Shown here: one piece after another, positions 37,879 through 50,510 of the stretch
Layout of the letters: each line of letters opens with the position of its first letter
Numbering within the stretch: position 1 is the first letter of the stretch
DNA from: Camelus ferus
Taxonomy: Eukaryota
Assembly (NCBI RefSeq): GCF_009834535.1
Contig: NC_045697.1
Location: 106,518,001 to 106,582,000 of the forward strand
Length of the DNA: 64,000 nucleotides
Direction of reading: 5' to 3'
The notes under the pieces: model-generated
What the model saw: the letters and a program-made list of their open reading frames with translations, nothing else
The model's database searches: none
What the model was told of the DNA's origin: nothing
Translations under genes and position numbers: made by a program

Positions 37879-38272
37879 CTCTGACCCTGAATTTCATTGC
37901 TCTGTAAGCCCAAACCTTACTCTAAACTCTCAAGGAAATTTCTGCTTCTTTCAGTGTACTCCCACAAACTCCAATCAGAAGAGGATTTAGTTATGAAGAA
38001 GAAGATGTCAGCATGAGGGTATCATTTTTATCCTTGTTTTATTAACTCCAGACCCTCCTGTTTTCAAGTACTAAACGTGAGCTGATTTTTAAAAATCCAA
38101 CTGCAAAAAACCCTATAAGAGCGATTCTTATATTTCAGAACTTCAAATTCATAGAACTATTTTTTCTGTGAATTCAGGAATTTTAACAAGAGACGTCAGG
38201 AGGACAGTATTTACAAGGTGACAAGACAATTGCATTCAGTCCTGAAGGTATGGCTGTATTTACCTCTTTTTT

Positions 38273-38286
38273 CCACTAGATGGCAG
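38273..38286 (+). promoter_or_regulatory. Candidate CTCF binding motif
   Basis: CCACTAGATGGCAG matches the CTCF core CCASYAGRKGGCRS at every position. Confidence 0.5.
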
Positions 38287-39578
38287 ACATGAGCGCTACA
38301 TCTTTGCTTCTGCCTTGCTAAGATTCTGAATTGAGTTAGATTTTTCTCAGTTCAAAGTCATAAATCAGAAATGTCCTTAGAGTGACCTATGGATGTAAAT
38401 TACCAGAATTTATCATCTGCTGTTACATATGTGGGATCTTTCCCGATGTCCTGCCTCAGAGAGTCATTTATTAAGTGTGTTCAAAAGGAATTTTCCTTTG
38501 AGGCCCCACAGTGTGGTCACTGCAGTGGAAAGCCTGTTTCCCATGCTTAATGACATACCACTCTCTGAGCAAGGGACAAAGATGAAGAACACTTGGAGAG
38601 ATATGAGAAGGAGCAAAAGGAAGGGGCTGGATAATGCATTCCATGTCTCAATATCTGTTACAATCTCTGAAATGAATGTATAAATTGAAACATACGAAAA
38701 TGCAGCATCTTAAGAAGTCGCGATCTTTCCAAGTTATCAATTTTGAGTGATATCAATCTTTATCTGTTCTTGAGACAAATGTAGAAGGTCGTTTCTTTCC
38801 ATTTGACATATTACAGAGCTGTAGTGGGGCACAATTTATTCACACTATACTGAGATATACAAGGAAAATATAGCTTCTTTATTTTTTTTATTTTCTAGCT
38901 AATCTAGCTTACCAACCTCCACCCTCCTTGTGGGTAAAGGAAAACTTTAAACTTGCTGAAGAATAATACCGAGTAATTTCTCATTAGGCAGCCTGCTTTC
39001 AGTTTGCAATAGTTCTAAATAAAATTCAGTCTTTCCAAATATTCTCCTTCCAAACCCTCCCTTCTCCTCCCCAAGGTGGCATCTTGGGATGGGGTGGAAA
39101 ACTTTGCCATTCTGGAGGCACTGGGGTGTCCCCGGGTCCTTGCCGGCAGGGAGGTGAGGGTGTATTTCATGCACCTGGTCAGACTCACCCTGCTGACGTC
39201 CACTCTCATCCCTCAGGACACTCCAGCCCTCCCTGCTGATTTAGCGACATCAGCCCCAGCCCTTTTCTCAGCTGAACATGCCTCCTGAGACGGGGCTTTG
39301 ATTCCCAGGCCAGGTGGTCCACCCTGCAGCCTTTAGTCTCAAGATCACCTCACCCCCATTGCAGCCACATTCCTGGTAAGGGTACCAGCCTGTCTCACCC
39401 TCCACAGCATATCTGATGCCCTCCACCTCATGTGGGAAGTAAGGAGTCTCGGAGGGGCCAAAGTCAGGCTCTTCTGCCTAACCATGTCATGCCCTGACAT
39501 CACCAGATTGTAGCTGCTCTCGAGGTACCAAATGGGGAAGAAGCCAGGACCTCTCTGCACTTGGCTTCAACCTCTGTA

Positions 39579-39583
<5 letters not shown>

Positions 39584-39642
<59 letters not shown>
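39584..39642 (+). repeat. (CA)29 microsatellite
   Basis: Uninterrupted CA repeat seen directly. Confidence 0.98.
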
Positions 39643-39644
<2 letters not shown>

Positions 39645-42011
39645 TGGGGTTTTATGGGATGTGAGGGGAATCAGGGATGCCACGTCACACCTGGATGTCT
39701 GATTGCCTCCCTGACTCCTCCCTCCTTGCTTCTCCTCATCATCGTTATCCAGACACCACATGTGGAGGGGCAGACTCACACTCCTCTCCCCTCTGCCTTG
39801 GACTTCCCAGCATCGTTTCAATTCTGGGGGCCATCAAACCACACTATTCAGCTGTTAGGTCTAATTATGACTCAAGGACTCCCTTCTTCTACTAGACCTG
39901 ACTCTTGAGATATAAAAGGTGGGTCTTTGGAATGTAGAAATCCTGTCTCTCTGACCAAAAAGCCTTACTTTCAAGACCTTTGCCCATGACCCAAAATAGT
40001 CAAGAAACGCGAGATTACCACATTCGTTCTCTCTAATCACTTTTTCCCTCCCTGGAGAAACAGCATCAGAGTTTAGCCTACTCCCTGGGTTGAGGTTAAA
40101 GGGAATAATTTAAGGGACAAATCAATATAAATTATTTTCAAATATGGAAAGTATTATCTCTAGGCTGGGGTAAGAGCTCCAGGCGTAAAGTGATTGAAAC
40201 AGGACCTGACATATAAGCACAGCCATTGTCATGATCAGGATCATGACTGGATGCAAAGTAAAAAAATACAGGCCTGCACACCAGAAAACAAAAGCCAACT
40301 GTCACATTGGGACTGATTATTATAAACACTTACTATTAAGACACAAAACAGCTTTTGAATTTCCTTTTCTAAAAATGTTAAAAAAAAAAAAATACAGGAT
40401 GCAAGAAAAAAAAGGTAAGCCATGAAATCAGAATATGCTTTCCGTTTGGGTTTGTGAAACGCTGGCTGCTCAAGTCAACGTCCGAGACGTGTAGCCTCCT
40501 GTTTTCCATATTTTGATTTTAACTGGACAGTTGATGGATGCTGTACTTAATGACCACATCAACATATGTCTTAGTTTGTCCCAAATCATCATGAAGTCAG
40601 TTGCCTCATCACCTCCGAAAATAAGGGACAACATGGGACCTAAAGGATGTTGAAGGGGCTGGACCCCGGCAGCTGAAACAGAATCTCTGTAAGGGAGAAT
40701 TATTGACAGAAAGCCATCGACTCCTCACCGTGGAGCCTGTTTGGTGGGAAGGACGAAGGGAAGCCTGCTGTTAATGATAGTTAATGGAAAGTTGCTTCAG
40801 CTGCAAGTTTTATGGTCAAAACATTCAAGTTGAAACGTACGTGTTGTTTCTGTCTTCTCTCAATGTGACAGTTGCCAGCCCTGGTCCATTAAGCAGACAG
40901 GCCTGTGAGTGAATCTGCTGGGTGAGGCGGCATTAACCTCTTTGACATTGGTTTTCCTAACCCACTGGCTCCTGTTTCTTCGGTTGCTGTGGATTTGCTG
41001 TTAATATTTCCAGCCTTCCACAGGACATGCTTCTAGGTGCCCCCTAGCCTTTGAGAATAATTACGTTCTTTGCTACAAAGTACCCAGTATTTTAGAAATC
41101 AATAAGACAATCTGAATGTATAAGATTTAGGTTAAAAAAAATAATGTAGTAAACGTAGTAGGTGGAAAAAGCATAGTTCGCAGCCATTTTGCTGTTTCAA
41201 AGTTTCTACCATTTTAAAATGATGTCACCATTTGCGGGCTTACTTTTTCAAGGTTTGGATTTCATAAACGCCCTTGTGGTTTAGTTGTTATGACATCTTT
41301 AATCATCACTTCACCAGCCTGAATGCCTCAGGGGGCTTCTTGGAGCCACAAAGTGGAAAACAGGAAAGAGGCCTAGGGCAGCGGCCAGTAACTCACCACG
41401 GGCAGGACTCCCCCAGACGTGTGGCCAGAGCCCCTTGGAAGGCAAGATGCAGAAGGAACGCTGTTCCCCACTGTCTGTGACTCTTTGCAGAAGAGCATCC
41501 TGGCCGGCTGAGAGCTTCCCATGCCTGGCTGTTCCTTCAAACAGGGCTTTTCAAGGCCCCACAGGGCTCAGAGGTTCCCCTGCAGGGCCTCAGCGGCCAC
41601 CATAGGGCCGCAGGTGGGCTCATATACCCAGCTTGCAGTTATCCTGAGCAAGGGCTTTTCCATCTGAAAAACAGCCCTCAGCCACTACCTTAAGCCTCAT
41701 TGTATAATCACAATGCAGGGAGGGAGAGCCAAGCACCGCCTTGTCTCACGGTCACACCCACCCCCCAAGCTGGTGTGAACCAAGAGCGCAGGTTTTGACC
41801 CTTTGAAAGACCATTGGGATATAAAAACAGCCAGAACAGAGTGCATGTAAAATGTCTTACAGAAGTTTATTCTGGAAATAAAGATAATCCCTGGACTACA
41901 AAAGATGCACATGGTGCTCGGGGCAGTAATTCTCCATCCCGGGCACATCTGAATGACTAGGGAATGAAAAAAAAGAGAAAGAAAAAGGAAAAAAGAAAGA
42001 AAAGAAAAGCC

Positions 42012-42112
42012 AGGGTCCCAGCTGAAATTGGTCTGGAATGGAATCCAGGAATTAGTATGTTTTAAGTTTGCGGGGTGATTGTAGCGTGCAGTGGGGATTG
42101 AAAGCATAGTCT
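42012..42112. mobile_element. MER5-like hAT fragment
   Basis: 'ggtctggaatggaatccaggaattagtatgttttaagtttgcggggtgattgtagcgtgcag'. Confidence 0.6.
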
Positions 42113-42307
42113 TACAAATATGCAGAGAAAGACGATGTTCACCCAGAGGACAGAGGAGCAAAACTGCCTCCTGCTGGGCCCTGCAGCCTCCAGGCGTCCT
42201 GCGGGGCCTCGGGGCACCTGCTTTACCTGAAGGCCACTGACTGCTCAAGGTTCACGGGAGCAGCTCTCATCCCCGCATCTCTGAATAAATGGCCATTTGC
42301 TCTGCCA

Positions 42308-42478
42308 CAGTGTTTCCAAAACTGATCGTCCTGAGACTCACTGGAGAGACTTGTTGAAATGAAAGGCTCCAGGTTCTCCTCTGGACTCCAACTTAGTAGG
42401 TCTATGCTGCCATCTAGGAATGTGTGCGTTCAAAGCGCCCCAGGGGACGCTTAGGATCTGGCAGTTTGGGAATGCTGC
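42308..42478. mobile_element. MER5B-like hAT-Charlie MITE
   Basis: Termini cagtgtttccaaaact ... agtttgggaatgctg with MER5-type internal sequence. Confidence 0.7.
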
Positions 42479-43019
42479 TCTGGAATCTAAATTGCTAAAA
42501 TGGCCTCTCGGCGCCAGTCTTCCAGTTTCGCCCAGTGTCAATCCATCACACACACCACTGGAGCAATCGTTCCATTTCCTAGATCCCGTACACCATGCCG
42601 TGCTGAATACGCATGCATCTCTTATGCATGTGCCTCTGACCTAGCCTGATGATGTGTTCTTAAGTTCTCTAACTAATCAATTAACCCAAATACTAACCTA
42701 GTGAATTTAAGCAAGAACACATTCATTCATTCATTCATTCATCCATTCCCCCGCCCTCTGGGAGTGCAAGAACCGGGCCTGGGAATGGAGGGCATCAGTC
42801 TGGTCTTGAGCTCCCAGAACTCGGAGGTTAGGAAAATCCAAAAACAATAACAAAAAAAGGTAATAAAAAGGACGGGGCCGCATTTGGAAGCCAAGCAGAC
42901 GGTACCACCGAAAAGTCCAAGTGAAGCGTGCTAGCCCGGGAGGCCTGCCAGTGACCTGCCGGGAGGATGGGGTGGCAGCCACCACGAAGACCAGGTGCGG
43001 AGGCTTCTGCACTCCTGCG

Positions 43020-43205
43020 GCTCACTGCTTTACGTGCATTATCTCACTGAATCCACGTAGTCTGTGAGGGAGGCACTGCGGGTCCCACGTACACAGAAGG
43101 CAGGGAGGGTATTTAGATTAAGTAATTGCCCAGTGCACACAATGCAGAGGTAATATAGAGCCAGGACGCAGGGCCAGGCCAGGCTTTGAACCCCCGAGCA
43201 GTCCT
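43020..43205 (-). mobile_element. MIR SINE
   Basis: 'gctttacgtgcattatctcactgaatcc...ttaagtaattgcccagtgcacacaatgcagagg...ctttgaaccc'. Confidence 0.7.
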
Positions 43206-43908
43206 GTCTCCCCCTTACACAGAACAGAACAAGCCAGCAGGTTCAGGAAAGAGCCTTAATTCCTTTGTTGTCTCATCCCTGCTCTGGGGTCAGGGGATGT
43301 TGGGAACGACCCACAAAAATCCTGAAGCTGAGGCTAGAGGCTACAGAGCAAGAGTGTTTCAGGGAGGCGCCCGGCTGTCTGCTCGTACTCCTTCCTGAGC
43401 CGGCTTGCCTGGAACTTTTGTTTGATGTTGTTGAATTTGTTCTTAAAAATTGGTGAACAAAAAAGTACATGTTAAATTGAATGCAGTTTACTTAAAAGTC
43501 ACTTTATCCCCAGGTCTGAGATGTTTGTTAAGTGTCAATTTTATTGCCTGACAACGGCAAGACCAGAACTCTGCTCCCTAACCTGGGTTCTATGTTCTGT
43601 TTCACATTAGTTTTTCATCACGGTTCTGAGCAATGGGGCCATTCTCTTGGATGTGTTTCTTGTCGTAAGAGGTTCAAGGAAAATAATGATGGAAACCAAA
43701 ACAAAAAAACTGGTGTTTCTACTCTTCTGAGGAATGGGAAAGGAAAGCTTTTAAGAAATAGACTATAGTATAAAGTACAAAGGAAAACAGACTGTGAGCT
43801 GAACACACCAAGGTCTGCCTGATTGTGAGCTGTGTGACATGGATTAGTTACTTCCCCTCTCTGAGCTATGATGCTTAATCTTAAAAGTAAGGATACTATT
43901 ACCAAAAA

Positions 43909-44123
43909 CAAGAGTTGGCAAGCCATGACCATGGGCAAAATCCAGCCTCCTCGGACTATTTTTTAAGGACTCCCTCCAGATAAAAATAATTTTTACACTT
44001 TTCGAGGTTGTAAAAAAAAGAGAGAGAGAAAGAGGAAGAAGATTCAACAGTGACTCCGTATGGCCTGCATAACCTAAAATATTTACTATCTGGCCCTTTA
44101 CAGAAAAAACGTGCTAACCCCTG
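43909..44123. mobile_element. MER58 (MER58C-like) hAT-Charlie MITE
   Basis: Diagnostic end 'cctaaaatatttactatctggccctttacagaaaaaacgtgctaacccctg'. Confidence 0.88.
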
Positions 44124-44398
44124 ACCTAAAGCCAAGATAATACCATCTGCCCAGGTTATCATAAACAACAAAGCCAAGACGAGCTGCAGGTCTGTATTTA
44201 TAGACTCTCTCCCTAGCTAATTGGCTCTCTCCCAAGCAGCCTCTCAGCACTTGAAGTTCAGATGTGTGCTTCAGCACAATCTCACATGACCACGGGGGTC
44301 ATTAACAAAAGCAAGAAACGTCAAAGGCTCATCCTATAAAAGGCAAAGATCTACTCCATGTTGCAACTAACCACGTTATTGCTAAGCATGGTGTAGCA

Positions 44399-44602
44399 CA
44401 GAGTTCTTAAAACAGGACAAGAGAGAGGATTGGAATCCATTATCCTTCAAAATGTCGCACAGAAGCATAAACAAATAAAATAGGTAAACTTTGGTGTTGT
44501 TCTCAAGGGGAGGGATCAAGACGGGGTGAGCTGAACCCTCACTTGACCTCCCCCAGCAGGGCAGCTCCAAGAGTTCCTTGGAGGCCCATTTAGGAACCAC
44601 TG
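44399..44602. mobile_element. Possible hAT-Charlie MITE remnant
   Basis: Termini cagagttcttaaa ... tttaggaaccactg resemble Charlie-type inverted repeats; subfamily not recognised. Confidence 0.4.
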
Positions 44603-46897
44603 ATGGAGAGAGAAGAAATGGACTTGCATCTTGAAGGGCTTTGCAGCGTCCCAGCTCCCCAGTAGGTCTACAGACTTAATAAGTCCCACTCCCTGTTTAA
44701 ATCAGTTTGCTCAAGTTTATAACGGTGATATAAATATCTTCTAGAATAGTTTTTAAGACTAGTGTTAATCTCTATAAAGTACTAAATATATAACCAAAAA
44801 GAATATTCTTCATATATGTATCATATCAATGATACATATAAGTTCATTCCATTCAAATTTTGAAACATGCTTACATGTTATAAATATTATGAACATATAA
44901 TGATATATAATAGATACTAATATTATATAATATTTTATATATATTTCAAAATTTGAACAAAATGAAATTAGCTCACAATTGCATGGTAAAAAGTATGAGG
45001 GAAATGCTGGTTAAGGAGTTAACTACGTCATGAAAGTCTGCAGTTAAGGAAAATTAAGTGTGTCAGCCAGAGCTTGGAGAGCGTTGCGTTCTCCATCTCT
45101 GCCCCCCACCTGCCCCTCACTGTTCTGGTTAAGGGATTCCTACCAGCCACGGGGACATTTGGCTTCCATCCAAGGGGAGGGGGAAGAAAACAAAAACAAC
45201 TCCAGTGTCAAACAGAAAGGAAAATGAGTCTGACAGATTTATTCCTTTCCACATTTCCAGTTGCTCCTTCCCGAGCGTGGCTTTCAAAAGCAAGACTTTG
45301 TCCCAGGAGGATGACCTCTCCAGCGGGGCAGCCCTGTCTGAAACAGATCTGCCTCTTTCTCTTCATTTCTTGAATTTTTTTTTTTTAATCCTGGAGCCGA
45401 AACAAGCCCCAGGTGTCCTTTGTGTCCAATACTAACATGTAATATTCTCTTTCCTCTGTTTTTGTAAGACTTGAAAAAAAAACAGAGGGGAAAGTTGTCA
45501 AAGTCCCAAGGATGGGGAAAGGAAGCCGAGAGGCAGCCCCAGAGGGAAGAAGAAAGCCACAGAATATTTGTTGAACAAACAGAAATAATGACAAACTAAT
45601 ACTTTCAAAAAACTAGAGCCATTCTCATTCACATGTCTGTTTAAAAATGTATGTTTTGTAAGTACATGTAAGTGATACCCCAAAGACAGATTCAGAAGGT
45701 TGGAGACAGGCATTCACCTAAGTGCAGACTCAAGCAAAGGATAAAATGATTCCACGGGGGCAGAATGGTGAACTAAAGTGTATTACATGTCAAAGCGTCT
45801 GCCAATTGGGTATGTTCTTATAAAGAATTAATGTTTCACTCACATTCAATACAGTTGACTTGCTCCAGCTGAAATGGACCTAGATAGCTATTTATTACCC
45901 GAATGGCTTTAACACAGTGTTCTCCGCCCTGCAGCTGAAGCTACTGAGTCTCACATGTGGTACTCATTAGTTGAAATCCTGGAGTGTAATTGTCTAGATT
46001 TTAGGCATGAAGCTTGGCAATAAAATTTTGCATTAAAAAATATGAGATTTATTTGAAATCGCCTGAGTTCTGCCACCAACATAGTGGAAACAACACCAAT
46101 TTTCTTCTCCTTTGGTCTGAAATATACATTTCATTGGCTTTTGGATGGGTAATTACATTCAGAAAAATCAGAAGTCCTTTTGCAAACAAATTTTACATAA
46201 TATATAGTATATTCTTCCTGGAAAATCATTTAGGAAAAAGGACTCAATTCTTCTTGGCAATATAGGAAAGAGTGATTTCTATACCCAAAGCATCTAATTC
46301 CCTCCCACTTTCTTCCTTCTCCTCCTCCTCCTTTTTACCAATTCCCCATTCTACCCTCTTTTTTAGGAACTATAATTATAAGGGGGAAAACAATGTTAAT
46401 AATCTGTAAAACAACTTGTTAAATTTTGCTAATTAGCAAAATAGTATTTGATCTGTTTTTTCATATAATTTGAGATTTAGAGTCCATTTTAATTCATCTG
46501 TTATTTATTTTCAGTGATATAATCATAATGTCAAAGGCCTAAGAAAAATCTAGAAACATTTTCGAGAGTGAGGAGTAGGGAAAAGTTTTGTTTTGTTTTT
46601 TTTCCCTCTAAGCAACTCATTTAGGAAACAAAAGTTTTGGATTCTCAATTTTTTAATGATAAATAAAATACTTAAGATAATCCATAATTGAATTCCTTAC
46701 TTAAAACTTCCACCAGTCCCACAATAATTTAAGAACTATGCAAAGGAAGATATCATAGCAAACAGCCTAGAGTTTCAAATCATGACATATTTCTATACAC
46801 TGACTAAAAAATGATGCATTGCTTTTTTCTTTTTAAAATTTATAATTTTTAAAATTTGTATTAAAGCAATACATACACATACTTTAAAGAACAAAAT

Positions 46898-48135
46898 AAC
46901 ACATGCAAAAGAATGAAGTTGGACTCTTACCTTCCACCAAATACAAAAATTAACCCAAAATGCATCTAAGACCTAATGTAAAACTTAAATCTATAGAACT
47001 CTTAGAAGAAAATGCAAGGGGAAATCTTCATGACATTGGATTTCACACTGATCTTTTTTTTATGTGACACCAAAAGCACAGACAACAAAAGGAAAAATAG
47101 ATAAAATGAACTACATCAAAATTAAAAGCTTCTGTGCATCAAAGAACACAATCAACAAAGTGAAAAGAGCAACCTAAGGAAATGGAGAAAATATTTGTAT
47201 GTGATATATCTAATAATAATATACAGAATATATAAAGAACACCTATATCTCAACAATAACAACAAAATAACCCTATTAAAAATGGGCAAATGACTTGAAT
47301 TGACAGTTCTCCAGAGAAGATATACAAGTTGCCAACAAGCATAAGAAAAGATAATCAATACTACTAAGTCATTAGGGAAATGCAAACCAAAACCACAAGG
47401 TTTCACCTCATACCCATTAGGGTGGCTACTACTAAAAACAAAAAACAAAAACAAAATTAGAAGTGTTACAAGGATGTGGAGCAACTAGAAATCTTGTGCA
47501 CTGCTGGTGAGAATATAAAGTGATGTCATGGAAAATAGTGGGATGATTCCTCAAAAAATTAACAATAGGATCACCATATGATCCAGCAATTCTGCTTCCG
47601 GGTAAATATCCAAAAGAATTGAAAGTAGGGACTCAAAGAGATATTTGTGCATCTGTGTTTACAGTAGCATTATTCACAATAACCAAGAGGTTGAAGCAAC
47701 CCAAATGTTTCAAATGTCCAAATGATAGATTCATGGGTAAACAAAATGTGGTATATACATACAATGGAACATTATTCAACCTTAAAAAGGAAGGAAATCC
47801 TGGCATGTGCTACAACATGGATGAACTTTGAAGACATTATGCTAAGTAAAATCAGCCATGCACAAAAGGACAAATATTACATGATTCCACTTACATGAAG
47901 TCTCTAAAGTAATCAAATTCATAAGGACAGAAAGTAGAATGGTGGTTGTCAAGGGTGAGTAGGGAGGAATAGAGAGTTATTGTTTAATGTGTACAGAGTT
48001 TCAGTTTGGGAAGATGAAAAGGTTCTGGAGATGGATAGTAGTGATGTTTGCACAACAATATTAATGTTCTTAATGCCACTGAATTGTACACTCAGAAATG
48101 GTTAAAATTGCAAGTTTTAGTTATATTTACACGCC
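46898..48135 (+). mobile_element. L1MB-like ORF2 C-terminus and 3'UTR
   Basis: ORF 47619-47831 (DICASVFTVALFTITKRLKQPKC); L1MB end 'gtttcagtttgggaagatgaaaaggttctggagatggatagtagtgatg'. Confidence 0.92.
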
Positions 48136-48179
48136 TACACATATACACAACACAAACACACTCATATACATACACACAT

Positions 48180-49860
48180 ACTTCCTCTCCCCCTCACCAT
48201 GTCCCTTAAATAGCATAATTTTTTAGTAAATCAAGATTTCATCATTAGTTTGTGAATGTTGTTCCGATGAGCCTTATGGTACACAACGATTACATTCCCT
48301 TTTAGGTACAGCCTTTTGTTTTCCTAGAGTTAATAGTCACTTCAGTGTTTTGGTTTTGAGAATTTTGGATATGGAGGTGGGATTCTTTTTCTATGTAATT
48401 ATTTTATTTATGTAATTCTTTTTCCATATAATTCGTCTCTCAAATTCCTCAGCAGAGCTGTAAAATTCCTTTCAATATAATAAAAACATTAAGCAATCTG
48501 TCAGTTTAATTTTTTTTCTTGGAGATACTTGTCCTAGAACCCACCATCCTCCCACTCCAATCTGGATTTGTGGTCTCAGCCTGCTGTGCAGCTGTCATGT
48601 TAGGATATCTATTCATGATTACCCTAAGAATTCCTTTCACCTCCAGGATTCTGTATTATTGCTTCTTTTCCCTAGATCTCACATCTTTCTTTTCCTTGAC
48701 TTATTTCTCTCTTTTGGTGAGACACATTTCCAGAAGCTTCCTGAGAAAGGATACACGAAAGGTTAATTTTTTTTTTTTTTTTTGGCCTGTAAAAAAATAA
48801 CTTTATGGCAACCCTCCTTGGGAAAAAAATAATAAATTGGTGACTCTTGAATTCCGTAATGGAAATAATTTTTATTCAGAAAGTTGAAACCCCTTCTCAT
48901 TGTTCTCCAGATTTAGGGGTTGCTGCTGGGAAATCCAATGCCATCCTGAATCCTGATCCTTCATATATGAGTTGATTTTTTTTCTTTCTAGACATTTTGA
49001 GGATCTTCTCTTCACCCAATGTTTCAAAATGATGTGCTTTAAGTCTCTTTTCCATTAATGTGTTGGATACTTGGTAAATATTTTCAATCTAGAACTTCAT
49101 ATCTTTCTATTCTGAGAAATTTTCTTGTTTTATTTATCTTTAAAATTTTTCTCACCTCCAGTTAGGCACTACCTTTTTTTTTTTTTTTTGAGATTACTAT
49201 TAAACAGATACTAGACCACCAAATTTGATCTTTTAGTCTTTTATCTTAGTCTCTTTGTTCTGATTGATAATCTATATACTCCATGGTTACATTACATAGC
49301 AAAGTTGATGGGACGCCACTCCCATGACCACATTATTTTATATAAAACTGTAGTGAGACATTTTTCTTCCTGGCTTGATGCGGTAAGTTGGCTAAGAAAG
49401 AGCAAGTAATCTCTAAGAACTGCAGGTGGCCTCTAGAAATGGAAGGCCGCTGACAGCCAGGGGAAAAAAAAAAGGTGGGACTCAAAGTCATACAGTAGCA
49501 AGAAAATGAATTCTGCCAACAAACTAACTGTGCTTGAAGTTGGATATCTCTCCAGTTGAGCCTCTCATGAGACCACAGCCCCATCTGAAACCTAGATTGC
49601 AGCTTTGGCAGAGAACCTAAGGCAGAGAACATTTCTAAACCATGCCTGAACTCCTAACACAGAGAAACCGTACGGTAAAGGTGTGTGTTGTGTAGCTCAC
49701 TAGACTGGGATAAGCTGTTATGCAGCGATTGAAAACAGATACACTGGATGATTTCCTCAACTTTATTTTCCAATTTTTTAATTAAAAGCATAAATGTCTA
49801 TCAAATATTTAACTTTCGATAATTATCTTTGTTCTTTGAATACTTTCAAAATGTTGATAG
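48180..49860 (-). mobile_element. HAL1 ('half-L1') remnant, interrupted by an MLT1 LTR
   Basis: 'ctccaatctggatttgtggtctcagcctgctgtgcagctgtcat...agcttcctgagaaagg...atgccatcctgaatcctgatccttcatatatga' matches recalled HAL1 consensus. Confidence 0.7.
49275..49743 (+). mobile_element. MLT1E-like MaLR solo LTR
   Basis: 'gaactgcaggtggcctctag...aagaaaatgaattctgccaacaa...ccagttgagcctctcatgaga...gttatgcagcgattgaaaacagataca'. Confidence 0.85.
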
Positions 49861-49919
49861 TATCCAGTTCTGGTTATAGAGGCAGGGTAGGAAAAAATAA
49901 TGAGTGCTTCTTCATAATA

Positions 49920-50510
49920 ACTAACATAAATGGCCACAATACTCTGTTCCATACATACATACCCTTTGCAATATGATTTTGTAACTCCTTCCATGCAAAT
50001 GTAGAGTTGTTTCGCCAGATCTTGAATCTGATCTGGCCTTTGACTTGGCTTTGGCCACTGCAAGGTGGAAGAAATGCTCATGCACCAATTAGATCCTGTG
50101 CATCAAGATGTTTTTCATGCTTCCACTCCTCCTGAGCCCCTGCCTCTGCCTAATGAATAAGCCTGTTGGAAGATGAGAGACCATACAGTACATACATAGA
50201 GCTAAGTCAGCCTAACTGCACCAGCCAGAGCCCCAGAGATGTGAGAGAGCCCAGCCACTTACCCAACTTGACAGGTGACTGCAGATGCATAACCAAGGCT
50301 ATCTGAAGGGGCCATCAGCGAGGGAATGCAGGCAGACTCTAGAAGCAGGAAAAATACAAGGAAATGGAATTTCCCCTGGAACCTCCAGAAGGGACATAGC
50401 CCTGACCCCTTTTGAATCTCTGATCTCCAGAACAGTAGGATAATACATGTGTGTTGCTTTAAGCCATTTTAAGATTGTGGTATTTGTTAGAGCACCAGGA
50501 AACTAATTAT
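49920..50510 (+). mobile_element. Composite MLT1 LTR: MLT1G/H-like 5' part joined to MLT1C/D-like 3' part
   Basis: 5' 'cccttt gcaatatgattttgtaactccttccat...cttgaatctgatctggcctttgacttggctttggcc'; 3' 'aatgcaggcagactctagaagcagg...ggaacctccagaaggga...ctccagaacagtaggataata'. Confidence 0.75.

Noticed and set aside
39561..39908. ORFs with THTH/CVCV runs (also 63504-63710)
   Set aside because: Translation of CA microsatellites.
41697..42248. 183-aa minus-strand ORF (also the 166-aa ORF at 31211-31711)
   Set aside because: No recognisable domain in either; the 183-aa ORF has a non-ATG start and crosses a MER5 fragment and an A-rich run. Consistent with chance ORFs.
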